From NCBI GenBank assembly GCA_964035545.1, contig OZ037767.1:20290628-20354627 (forward strand): 64,000 nucleotides of DNA, read 5' to 3'. Shown here in pieces: positions 51,822 to 64,000 of this stretch; position 1 is the stretch's first letter, and each line of letters begins with the position of its first letter. A model generated the notes under the pieces. The model worked only from the letters and a program-made list of their open reading frames with translations. It was not told the origin of the DNA and searched no databases. Origin of the DNA: Bugula neritina. Lineage: Eukaryota; Animalia; Bryozoa. Made by a program: the position numbers and the translations under genes.

Positions 51822-54610
51822 CAAGAGTGAAAGAGATATCTTTGTGTAGAGCAGTGTGTTAGAGTGATGTAATGATAGGAGAAGCTAGCGGTGGCCAGAT
51901 CAACTTCTTAGGAGTTGATATCATCACAAAGGCTTTTTGTTGCTATGAAACACGAAACTAGATTCACAATAAAAAGTGCAGTTAGTTATAATATGACTAA
52001 CGGAGACGTGATGAATGTAATACAACACTGCAGCAGCTTCTCGCAGCCTAAATAAATGAAAGGAAGTGGAAATTACAGCAGCATTTTTATGCCTGTTTAA
52101 ATGGGTTTCTTGGTTTATGGAATCAATGATCTAGGTCCAGAGAAAACACATTCTAAACTTAGGAAGTGGATCGAAAACATGTTCAACGAATGAAAGTAAA
52201 GACTGTTGAGCTACACTGAAATAAGCTAGTTTCCGTGACTTAGCATAGATATAAGATATTAAACCTATCGCACTCGTATAGGCTATTTGTAGAACATCAT
52301 ATAATAATTTAAGTGCATATATAACGAACTAAGTTAAAATATGCAAAAGTGAAGCCTGCGTTCATCAGCTAATTGCTGGGTGATTACAGGGAAACCCACT
52401 CTCCTAGGGAAATCTCAGTCTATGCTCCATTATCTAATCTGCATTAGCTAACGCAGACCTTGTTTACCCTCCTACTTGTAATGACTAGAATGTGTACTGA
52501 GGGCTAATAAGTATGCTGGCAGATAAGGAATATCTATATTCATGTAGTCTGTATATAGTAAGTGTGCTGCACACAAGAAAACCTAGCATAGCTCCCTGGA
52601 TACACCCAGCTCTGTAGAAGATGCAGTTTTGCATCGCATCTGCCCACCACTCCCTATCTGCTTAGGTCAACATGCACTTGTTTTCAAGTTCAGCTACTAG
52701 ATATACTAAAATATGTAAATTGTTGTGAAAAGGAGTTTTATTGAATGGTTTTGCTTTTATTCGATATTCTATGTTCATAGTTATGTCAGGTGATGCTAAA
52801 ACCCATGTGGACATAATTTTGTTGAAATTGGTATGTTTTACCATAATTGATGAGTAAGTACACAAATAGCAAGCATGTATTGCAAGGAAACAGAAGAAAT
52901 GATAGACACTATCATACGCATATGAACAATAAATTATGTATTATTATGCACGCCATATGTAAATAGGTTATTCTATTACACATCATACTGGAAATAGTAG
53001 AGTTATCCCTCTTGGCTAGAACACATGGTATTATAAACTGAAATGTATAGCTTTGATTAGACTGACGCAATTTAAACTACTCAATAACAAGCTGTATCCT
53101 CCAGAGAGAAATGCTAATTATAATAGTATTTGCTCACACGTAACATAAGATTTATAAAATAAATGACAACCCACACTCTTCCTGCAAGCCACTGCAGTAT
53201 AACAAGAATATGCTGTGTAGCTAACAGCTCGTTGTCTAGTTTTGATTATTGTCCCACTGAAACAATTACTTAGACAAAACTTTGTTTTGAATATTTTTGT
53301 ACAAAACATCATTTAATCAACTTTCAATTCAACCCATCAACGCATGTATACAATCATAACATTTGTTGCTACAATCAACTCTCTTATCCCCTTAGCCTCC
53401 TGATTACACGGTGACATGGCACATCAGAATAATCATAAAATCATGGAGCCCAAATTCAGCCTAACCGGGTTGGCGCTGAGACAGTTGGCTGGTGAGTGTG
53501 ATTGCGTTGAGCTGAAAGAAGATGTGTATAGTGATGATATAGAATAAAGATAATTAGTGATAAAATGAGCATTTTTGGAATTTTTGCATTGTGTTATCTA
53601 CAATATATATATCTATATGTTTATATGCTCTAAATTCTTTCTACATCGTATTGCGGTATATGCCCAGTGACTTTCTAAACACATGCTTGACTTCCCCCAA
53701 ACATTTTGTAACACGCTACTGTGGCAAACACCTATGTGTATTATTGCTTGGTTATCATATAATATTTTCCTCTCTTCCCTCATAACCCTTCTCTCACCTC
53801 ACCCCCTAGCTCTTCCCTTGTCCTCCCCTCTCTCCCCATAAACCTTTTGTGTATAAAAATATCCCTATTTATAGTCATTGCATATTTAATGTTGTAACAA
53901 AATTCTACATAGTTTTAGGTAGCATCTATTATTAGCATGTCTAAGAGCAAACAGGAAGAAATGATATTACTGCAACTTTTACTAGTTAGTAGCCATGACG
54001 ATGTGGACTAATCATTGTACAATCTATACATTTATACAATACAGTAATTTACTCATCCTATCCTAATGTATATTAATGTACCATCATTATATTACCAGCA
54101 GCATACCATACTACGTAGTAATACCTACATTTTCATACCTTGTTATACACTGTAGCAACTAAATGATACAACCTATAATCTATGTAGGTAGTTTTATTAA
54201 ACATCAGTTTCTACTTTATAGAATATAGACTACCACCATATTCAGTGCTTCAGTTCTACCTTGTGAAATTTCTTGTTGCAACTCATAATGCTACATTCTA
54301 TACTCTCTTTATATTATAGACTATGTAGTAATAATTCTCCATGTCCAAAAATAATATTGACATCAAAAACTTGCTGTTACACACCAAATTGTAAATGCAA
54401 CTTATAAATATATAGGTATACCTTGCCAGGTTTACCAACTATATACATGATGCACCATTTATTGTAATATAACTCAAACATTCTATATCGAATTAATCTT
54501 ACCTGCATAAACTGTATGGTGAGAGCGCTTTTACCTACGCCGCCGCAGCCCACCACTGCTAACTTGTATGTCGGTCCGTTAAATGGCGGAGGCTCATGTT
54601 GAGACAGCAT
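45910..54610 (-). CDS. Ras-family small GTPase, R-Ras/TC21/M-Ras-like, ~201 aa
   Basis: Exons 54610-54503 ([20 protein letters not shown]), 48691-48604 ([13 protein letters not shown]), 47488-47386 (LDTAGQEEF), 46464-46353 (ILRVKDRD...LVGNKCDL) and 46104-45910 (YVEASAK...[14 protein letters not shown]). Total 606 nt, in frame. Confidence 0.93.
47490..47600 (+). repeat. 11-bp tandem repeat (GAGATATACAT-like) abutting the Ras exon 3 acceptor
   Basis: About 9 degenerate copies. A separate 13-bp repeat (CTATGAGTCACTA) lies at ~47300-47360, near the donor of the same exon. Confidence 0.8.
49640..50005 (+). repeat. 7-bp tandem repeat (CTCTATA/CTCTACA)n in Ras intron 1
   Basis: Read directly. Confidence 0.9.
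51155..51275 (+). mobile_element. Degenerate tRNA(Thr)-derived SINE
   Basis: AGAGCGCTGCCCTAGTAAACAAGAGGTCAGCGGTTGAGTC resembles the D-arm/anticodon (CTAGTAA)/T-arm of metazoan tRNA-Thr(AGT). There is no acceptor stem, and a non-tRNA body (GTTAGGAAGAACATTCAGTCATAA...) follows. Confidence 0.5.
51500..51614 (+). repeat. 16-bp tandem repeat TATAACTTTAGTAC(A/T)G, ~7 copies
   Basis: Read directly. Confidence 0.85.
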
Positions 54611-57384
54611 TTCTTCCTTTCTTATAAAAGAGTTATCTACTTCCTGTGTATTCTTATTGCATCATATCTAATAATTTTGTTAGCCAAGAAAGAGAGTAGC
54701 TAGATTAGATTTCTACAGAATATTGAGTTCACAAGCCTTGTATGATGTATTGTAAGATGCAGTGCGTGTGGTATCCGAATAAAATGCGATTTTATGGTAT
54801 TAATTAATGCTAATGGAATCAGCAGTAAACCTCAGCAGAATAGACTCCTCCCACATTAAAAGTTTGCTTGCATGAGAAGATAACTCTCAAAACAAAAATT
54901 GCTATATCAGTACAACTTACAAATGTAAAAATATTATGTCATCAAATCATCATTAGTTAAACCTAGAGTACAACAAACCACTATACTCCATTTATAGAAT
55001 ATTAATAGATGAACCATGAACACTGCAAACATACTTATGTTTATATTATAGCAGTTGTATTATAGTGTTCTATAGTATACTACTAGTCATATTATAGTAC
55101 TAGCAGCTATGTGTTATATAGCATCAATTTGTAATTTTATCATGTTATGTGCTTGCTGTACTTTACTGCAGTAAGTAAATGTCATCTTTTATTTTAGATT
55201 AATAATTTTACTTAGAGATTAAATTTTGATTATTTCAATATACAAGTAAATAATATGTGTTTTGCAGTGTACTATTGCAGGTTTATTTATAAATTAAAAC
55301 TTTTAATTGCATTTATACATTTGCTACATCACTATAAAGTGTAGTGGCAGTAAAAAGTAATTAATCTAGGAAAGCAGCTTTAATAATATATTATAATACA
55401 ATAATATATAATTCAAATATACTACATTGCACTCATAAAAGGCCTAATCCTTATAAAACTAATAGACTAATAATTATATAATATACCCCATTCACTCAGT
55501 ATTTTGCATAAACTACATAATATTATAGATTCACAAAACTTTATATGATATACTCTATTTGCACATATAAATAACATTGCCCATTTCTGTCTGGGAAGTA
55601 TTTTCCACCATATATTGTTTTACACACTCTCCTCTTAAAGTATCGTGATTGGTTGAAATGAAAAGAAATAGTTGTGGTGTCATGTTCACCACCACTTCTC
55701 TCTTAATTTCTGTTATGAGCCAATTGTACGAGAGAATTTTATTGAGAGTTGTCTTCTTATAATTAACTAAAGTGAGGACAACTTCGGGTTTACCCTCTTT
55801 TGCTAAGCTATCTAATCGGACATTAGGTATATCTTTTACTTTCTCAAACTGACACATTTCACTATCTAATCCACCTCTACCAACAGCACCCTTTACTCTG
55901 TTGATAAACATTTCATCCCAACCTTACCAGAATTTCTACAATAATATTTTACATGGGCAGAGTATTATGCGTATACATTTAGCCTATATAGTAAACAGTA
56001 CAACATGTTGTGGTAATATTGTAATTATGTCATTATGGTTTATTCAATCAAGAAGAGTCTTCATGTATTGACACTACGCGATGCATAACGCAGTGAAACT
56101 TTACATTATTTTGAATATTTCCAAAATAGAACAAAATAAACGGAGTATTCATTACAAAATGTTGTATTATTAATTTCTCTACTTTGTATTACATAGTATG
56201 AATATTACTACAGGTACTATATTGATATAAAACTTGTAACCAGTAATTCTTTTTATGCAGATGAATATATTTTGTAAATACTTACTCAATAGCAGCGCAT
56301 GTTGGAGAGTCAATCAAGTTCATCTCAACACAAGTAGTTAGAGAGACATCAAAGAGTGTATAGTTTCTAGCAGGCATTTCGTCATTCATAATCAAAGAGT
56401 ATAATATATCTGAGAATTTTGTTAACGATAGCAGTACAAGTAGTATAAGCAGCTTGTTTCAGTGAAAAACGATTCCAAGTGAACTTTTAGTTGCTTTTGA
56501 TTGTTAAACCAACTGCAAGACACAGCGAAATAATATTTAAATATTATCATTGTCTTTACATTTGTATTTTGTTGCATTGTAACATATACAACAGTAATAT
56601 ATTATGAGTCTATATTATACTGTGTATATTCATCAGTAATCTGAATTTTACCATAGTTAGTTTTAGCATTGTTATAAGTTTGCTATTGCATGCACACATT
56701 TTGTTTTATAAACCAATGTGTGAAGATAACCTTTTACATATATTATAGAGAGTATGCTTTTTTAATGGCCCGGTTTTGTGGGGGGTCGAGGGGGTTAGCT
56801 AGAAAAAGGGAACAAATAACTAAAAAAGTGAATATTTTGTCATAGTCAATAGGAATACTATTAGGTAAAAGAGGTTTATACAGCAAGTTATAACAGCTGA
56901 TAGAGTAGACTGCATAATGCAGTATGTTGTGATATTGTATATATCTTATCAGTTCTGTATCAATATAATATTCCTATTATGTGTTATCAAAGTTGTTGAA
57001 TACTATTTATATAGCTAATGCATGAAATTGATGTACTATTATGTTTGAATACCTTATTACCATGCTAGCATGGTTGCTGCTGTATAATATAAATAAGGAT
57101 AATGCAAAAATATGTGATATAATTATCCATTTTTGTTATATACTTGATAACGTTTTTAAAGTTACATCCTTTTATATTAATAAGTAAAATATTTCACAGA
57201 AATGTAGTTTGATTTAGTAAGGCTTAGAATAATAGCTATACTGAAAGCTATCAATAAGAATACTGCCACGTTAATTTAAAAGTTTATTTTAGCTATTTAA
57301 CCAGACACTATTTTGCTATTTAGTCAGAATATTTCGGTGAATACAAGTTAAATAACGAGTTGTCCAACACTGGTCTTAAACTAA

Positions 57385-57580
57385 GTCGCGCGAAAATAGC
57401 AGTAACATAACCGTCGTTTATAAAATCGTTACAATTATATTGAGTTTAGGCAGCTATTGGTGGATTTTGGCGCCATGTTGCTCGGAATGCACCGAATGGC
57501 GTTGTTTTAGTAGCATTTGATTGGCTAACGCATGCACGTGAGATGTCACCGCCATTTCTAAACACGCTACAATTGGAAGC
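57385..57580 (+). promoter_or_regulatory. Cell-cycle-type promoter of the Wee1 gene (E2F, CCAAT, YY1-like and E-box sites)
   Basis: GCGCGAAAA at ~57388-57396 (TTTTCGCGC on -) and TTTTGGCGCC at 57465-57474 fit the E2F consensus TTTSSCGC. ATTGG occurs at ~57456, 57520 and 57572, CGCCAT at 57471 and 57550, and CACGTG at 57535. The patch is locally CpG-rich and lies 100-290 nt upstream of the ATG. Confidence 0.6.
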
Positions 57581-57676
57581 ATCGGGAAATAAACTTAATT
57601 TTTCGTAAAATAGTGCAATAAGTAGCCTCGAAAACTATTTTAAGTGTCATTTGTTTACTGGTAATGGTAACGAAAC

Positions 57677-60600
57677 ATGCTCGATAAAGAATTAACTCCT
57701 CCACCTGATGACCGACTATCTAGTTCGTCTGGTTCTTCTAGTTTTGGAGGCAGTGGATCGCCAGATTCTTCATACAAAAGTTTAGCTGACGCTGAGACTG
57801 AATCTCACGCTACCAATTCGAGAATTGGACTTTCGGCAAAAGGTTTATCAGAATATTCTAACAGTAATTCTTTATGTAATATACAAGACAAGATAGCTCT
57901 GCAAAAGATCCGTAAAACCGTAACGAGCTGCAAGTTAAATGATCAACTACAAAAAGAGTTATCCCTGGAAGGGGAATGGGAACATACTAACAGTCTAAGT
58001 AACTCTCAGTCTCACACTGATCCAAAAAGCCTTCCTATAAAATTCAGCTCACCTTTGCGGAAAAGGCCTCCGACTTTAAAGAAAGGACACAGAGCAAGAA
58101 GCCGATTGATAGAGCAACCAGAAACACCTATACCCCGCCGAACCCGCGGGTTAAATTTGGATACAAATTCCGGTAAGTAGTAGTACTAGTAGTAGTAAGA
58201 CTAAGTGAGTTACTAGTAGTACAGTACTGGTAGTGGTACAGGCTGAATTTACACGCTGCCATTCACAGTAAATATAATACTAATTTACTAATTCTAAAAC
58301 TAGATGTGTAAGTATAACCAGTACAAATGATAAAATTAATGCTAAGACAATACTAATACTAATAGTAATAATAGTAATTATATTCATATTGATAATGATA
58401 CTCATACTGTCTGTTGAATGTATTGATACTTAAAGTTTTGTTTTTACTTGTAGTTGTAGTAAATGTAATACTAATATTAGTTCGTATTACTATTAGTAAT
58501 AGTATTACTAACAGTAGTACTATCTGAAAGTAAATCATCTCATCTCTAAATTGTAATATAACTGTAACACTAACAGTGAAAGGATCTGGATTGGGATAGT
58601 TGAAATGTGTGCCAATAATTAATATATTTTTTTAATAAACATCGTCATTAAGAATAATTGCTATTAGTTATTAATAATTAATATTATAATTTAAATCTTT
58701 ATCCAAATTTATCAGTAGGAATATCAAGCTTTATCGCAAGTATGCTTATGATTGTAGTCCAAGTATAGTATAGTCTAAGTCTAGTATAGTAATACTGATA
58801 GTATAAGTATTAGTATACATTTACAGCCTGACTGAGTAGTGAGTATAGTTACCAGATTAACTTTACTCATACTGAGTATCTAGATGTAGTATAATACTCT
58901 GAATATTACCCCTACTATTACGTTACTGTAATTAATCTTGAAGTTAATTCAAATTTAGGAAGATTGACTATTTTTAATTTTAAGTAAGTGGTAGCCTCAG
59001 CCTGGGGCTGGTTGTGCTTCACAATAAATCTATTTTTCAAAATTTAATTATGATAGTTAATTTTTGATGTTAAATTTGATAAGCTAGGGTTTACAATTAC
59101 TAATTCAGTCTAATATGTACATTTGTTCCACCATGGCTATCAAGTGTGATACATTACTTTTATTTTATACTTTTTGCTCGGCTACTCTTAATATTATATT
59201 ACCATTGGTGAAATATTATCTTGAGAATTTTACAACTATAGTGATTATAAGATTGAATGTTATGATGAGTTAATAAATAACTGGACTCAGTTTTCATTTT
59301 CGAGCTGAATAATAGAATGACCAGTAAGTATTGTAAGAGTGCAAATTTTTATCATGATTCAGCTTGCATCATCATATGATTGACAGATATTACTGTTGGG
59401 TAGTCAGGGTCTGTTTAGCACTTCATTCATTTCCTCGTACACAGCCCAGACATGTTCATGGTGGTGATGGTGTAGATGTCTTTTACTTATGGTATTAGTT
59501 GTATTCACAGCTGGTCACTATAACACGTGTAATAAAAGTTTTACAGGCTTACAGTTGTAGCTTTAGTGATTGATGATGGTTTATACAATATTAATTACCC
59601 TACTGTAGTATTCCATGGCTTTGGCTTGATATTTTAGTTATATTACTACTATATTTTGATGTCCTAAGATGTGGCTAAGGCAATCAGCTGAGGTATTTAA
59701 AGTGGTCACAGTCATGATGACTCATGAATCATTATCGGCTGTTGTGATGAGCCACTCAGCATTGAATTTCTTCTGTTGTTGACTTACATATTTCACTGAT
59801 TATTCTCGGTGTTGTGTGTTCAGTCTATATAATGATTGTTTCTTAATTCAAGTTGATGCTGCCACTAGAATCTCTGTGACTGCAACTAAACATTTTATAT
59901 CTCCTTCTGATCTGCTGACAGGCTATACAAATGATGACATGTTCTCTCTTCTTGACTAATTATTTGAATCCTACTCTTTTAATTTTAAATTATGAATGTT
60001 TGTTGGAAGATTTGGGCCGTGGCCTTCAGTTCTCAGAAAATTCTCTCTGTGGCAGTGAAATCTATTGGCAGCTCCCATGTAAACTCTACTTTCACCCTAT
60101 TCTCCAGACTAAACCAAGTATCCCAGACTGTGTTACATTAGCACCCTTTACTCTGCCATCACTACCCAGAGTATTTCTCAGCATTTCATCATCTTAGCAT
60201 ATTCTCTGCTGTAATTAATTACAAAACTAAAAGCATCAAAGATTGATTAAATAACCTCAGACTCAAGTACTCAAGTTCAATTTACATATTTTCTATTTTT
60301 TTCAAATTTCCTTTCAGTTCCAAATGACTCAGCTGAAAGAATAATCTCCTTGTATCCAATAATATCTGTTATCTTATTTCGGAGCCTCCCTAAGTCAGTA
60401 AATTGAGGCGTATGATTCATATTGAGGTTTCGCAACTTTTTATTCTAAAAATAGTTTTAATTAGCAGCTGTCATTGATTAATTTCCTTCAAGACCAAAAT
60501 AAATATATTAACATGCTTGCTGAATGCTTACACGGCATTATATATAATTCAGTAAAAAAAAACTGGATATGTGATACGGCAATGTAGTGGTAGCCTTCAT

Positions 60601-63600
60601 CAACTTCCTTTCAACTATTGCATCCTACATTTTCCTGCAGGCATTATATCTTGCTTTGCTTTTTGTGGATATTGCCATTGAATTTGAGCAAGCAATATTC
60701 TGCTCCATAGCATGCGTGCCACCATCTAGCTAGTGGCTTGTTTGTGTATAGTTGTGGTTTTTTCCAACCTGCTGCCCTGTTCAGTCTGTTGTTGCCAGTG
60801 TCATTATCAGGCAGGTGCTTTTATCCCTTCTTCATTCAGGTTACTCAATTTAGAAGTTAAGGTAAACCAGGCCATGCTCTTTTCACAAGTGCTTACATTG
60901 TCCGTGTCTTTTGTTGGTTATTTAAATCTTTGAGGCAGAAAAAACCACATGTTGGTTTGCTTTCCTATTGACGATAGCGTGCCTTGCATTTTGGGTCTTT
61001 GTTCACTTGTGGAAATGAGAAAACGGTTGCAGTCTGCTTTCGAATATTTAGCAGAGAAGGGCCAACAAACTGCTATTGTCCATAAGTGGATGCAAAGTCT
61101 CAAGTAAACATCTCTATTTGTGCCCATCTTTTGTTCAGTTTTATTTTCTGAGGCAATATTGAAATATTTTAGCAGCTCTTCATAATAAACTGCCTTCCAG
61201 GCTTCTTGGGAAACTAGGCTAGCTCAAAGAAAACTAATAAAAACTAGAAAAAGCCTTTAGGAAACAGCATGGTTTCATTAATATTTGTTACTCTGTTTGC
61301 AGCCTCCAAAAGCAGAGAGTGTGTGAAGGAAAACTGCAGACCTCCACGACTATCCAGTCCCATCGCCACGCCGCCTCACAAACGTCTGCGTGCTCTGCAG
61401 ATCAACACAGATGTCTCCAGGTGCCAGTCTTCACCCATCAGCTCCCGATCTTCACCCTTCCGCTCAAAAAAGATCTCTCCCCGTGGTGCTCTCTTCTCCA
61501 GTGGCAGACGCTCCTCCAGAGGGTCACCAGCCAACAACTCTGCCAAGAAGCCCTCCATCAACCCATTCACTCCAGACCGCACCATAAAAACTGCTAATTT
61601 GCTCAAGAACAAAACATCCTGCTGCTCGGACAGGTGAGCCCCTGGTTCAGACTTATCTTGGCGAGGTACTGCCTTTTTCACCAGACTGAACAGTGTCTTG
61701 CTCTGTCTAATCCTTCTTAATTTCCAAATGATGACTAATTTACATCACAGCCCATCTCCGTGATGTAAGCTCCTGCCACATCACAGTTCATCTTCTGCTT
61801 GAATTTCCCTCTCTTTTATCTGCCTTGATGAATCACGGGCACTGGGTGCACGTGTCAGTGCAGTGTCACTCAGTGTCTGATTCACCCTCACCCGAGGTCA
61901 CGGCCACACACCACTCCACATACTCTGCCACATCGAACACTGAATAGCAGACGATCCATCCCCTGTCATCATTAGTCACATGAGTGAGTATATTATTAGT
62001 ATAACTTGTATTTTTTAGTGGTTTCTGTGATGACTCATGGCTGTTAGACTCCAGCGCTTTTGACTCACAAGATGTGGACATGGAAACAGAGGACCTTTCT
62101 GTAAGTACCTGCTCTACCTGTACTGTTACCTGCTCTGCCTGTACCATTACCTGCTCTACCTGTACTATTACCTGCTCTGCCTGTACTATTACCTGCTCTG
62201 CCTGTACTATTACCTGCTCTACTTCTCACAACCTGGTGTCTTCTTACAAGTGTAAACTGGTAGCTTGTAATAGCTCTCACTGCAGACAATATGATATAAA
62301 CAATTAAAATATAAATCTCTGCTAATATAATAGTTTTTTAGGCGAATAATTATTTTACCTGCTACCTTCTAATTATAAAGTAGTGAATAATTCACAATCT
62401 AAATCTAAATTAGGTAACTCTCTGAATAATGTTAGGTAAACTGTCAGTAGACTCAGTGGTAAGTGCTGGACAAAAACTGAAAATCCAAGTCCCTTCACCC
62501 ATCAGTAGCCTAGTAGACTAGTTTCACCATCTACTTTCCTTGCTGCCCACCATTTCACGGGATAACTGGGTGTGAAGCTACAGTCATTAGTGACTTCAAG
62601 TCACCATTTTTCATTATCAACAGTTTAAGCTGCCCTTGGGCATTTTTCTGGTCCTGCAATAAGTTATTTAATCGTGTTGAGGGCTTTTGTTGATGAAAGG
62701 CTGGCCAGTTGGCTTGTTGATGCTATGAATGTCCTCTGAATACCCTCACAGTTAAGATAAGGCTTGGCAACGATTTTGTTTGTCAAGGTAACAACGGGTT
62801 GGGTTTTTGAATTGAAGATAATTGCTGATGCAGCTAAGTGTATTGTTACCATGACGAATATCCAAACATTCCCCTACTGGTAATTGGTTGGATAAGGAAA
62901 CCTTAGCTACAGTTATTTCAATTTATTTGTTAGTCTAAACAAAAGCTGAGTAAACAGCAATGTTTACATTAAACTGATGAAATGGGCGAGTATTGAGGGC
63001 CACGACTGCTTTGAATGTCATGAAGTCACACAAATACCTGTTGCTGTGTCAATAAGGCAGATCCAGCAACTTACTGTATGGATTTGTATAGCATAAACTC
63101 TGCTAATTGGCAAAAATCCGACGTTAAACACTTTAAAATGCTGCCTAATGAGTTGCCAAACTCACATTCGAAGCTGTCAAGTCAACTAATATGCTGTCAG
63201 TTTCTCTCATCAACAACCACCTGCCACTCTAGTGTTTAGAGCATTTAGCTCCAATTCTCACTCACTTTCATTCTCCGAGTTTCCAAACCTGATTCATAGC
63301 ATTATTTTAAAAACTTTGCTTAACCTATTGTTGTGTACAGCATTGTTGATCAGCTGTTGCTGACTCTCTCTCTCTCTTGCTGCCTATAGCTTGACCTCAA
63401 CGACATGTCCACCAACCGGTACAAGGAGGAGTTCTGTGAGGAGTCGCTGATAGGCTCTGGGGAGTTTGGTAACGTCTACAAGTGCGTCAACAAGCTAGAC
63501 GGCTGCGTCTACGCCATCAAGAGGTCCCGAGAGCCCATCACTGGCAAGGCTGTGGCGTAAGTCTGTATAATATAGCACTAGAAGTTGTCTTTCCCCATAA

Positions 63601-63926
63601 AGCTGTTTATATAAGATAAGTAGTTCCCTTCTCTAGAGATCAAAGTGTTCCTTGTAGGAGAGTGTCTAGGAATGAGGTGTACGCAGAGGCAGTGCTGGGT
63701 AAACACCCGCACGTGGTGAGGTATCACTCCGCCTGGGCTGAGGGCGGACATCTCTTCATACAGAATGAGTTCTGTAACGGCGGGAGTCTGGCGGAGGAAA
63801 TAGCGACACACCAGAGGCGAGGCACTCGGTTCACGGAGGTGGAGTTGAAGGAAGTGCTGAGACAGGTGGCTTACGGGCTGAAGTATGTGCACTGTCTGCT
63901 GCTAGCACACCTGGACATCAAACCAG
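57677..63926 (+). CDS. WEE1: Wee1-like protein kinase (5' part; continues off the right edge)
   Basis: Exons 57677-58172, 61303-61633 (PPHKRLRAL Wee-box-like; SINPFTPD), 62019-62100, 63390-63556 (RYKEEF..IGSGEFGNVYKCVNKLDGCVYAIKRS) and 63658-63926 (NEVYAEAVLGKHPHVVRYHSAWAE...IQNEFCNGGSL...HLDIKP). Phases are consistent. Confidence 0.93.
62104..62222 (+). repeat. 21-bp tandem repeat (TTACCTGCTCTGCCTGTACTA-like) starting within the Wee1 exon 3 donor
   Basis: About 5.5 copies beginning at GTAAGTACCTGCTCT... Confidence 0.85.
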
Positions 63927-64000
63927 GTGAGTGAGTGTACTATTACTAGTACTAGTAGTACTAGTACTACTGCTACTACTAGTAGTAGTAGTAGTTTAGT

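Noticed and set aside
59931-60197. Possible extra Wee1 exon in intron 1
   Set aside because: Exons 1 and 2 already join in phase, and there are no clear splice sites or Wee1 motifs here.
62445-62580. A-box-like TAGACTCAGTGGTAAG, a possible second SINE
   Set aside because: No recognisable B-box or tRNA fold; too degenerate to call.

Overview
This is AT-rich, intron-containing eukaryotic (invertebrate animal) genomic DNA, not prokaryotic. I reconstructed nine spliced genes by hand from GT-AG junctions with consistent reading phases. In order: the 5' part of CLYBL (-); a complete 19-exon CPSF2/CPSF100 (+, ~778 aa); a complete 9-exon class A neuropeptide-type GPCR nested antisense in the 15.3 kb CPSF2 intron 9; FLAD1 (-); ZCCHC10 (+); two tandem paralogous single-sushi transmembrane genes (-); an R-Ras/M-Ras-like GTPase (-); and the 5' part of a Wee1 kinase (+) with an E2F/CCAAT promoter. 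The very long ORFs at 10.6-16 kb are artefacts of a 5 kb 15-bp satellite. The most unusual architecture is in CPSF2. The same satellite occurs in opposite orientations in introns 9 and 15, and the pairing extends over the exon 16 splice acceptor, bracketing an in-frame 885-nt exon block. Two repeat-filled introns are 3n long and stop-free. Across the window, many unrelated tandem repeats start exactly on splice sites or on a stop codon. All gene identities come from remembered family motifs, not database searches.
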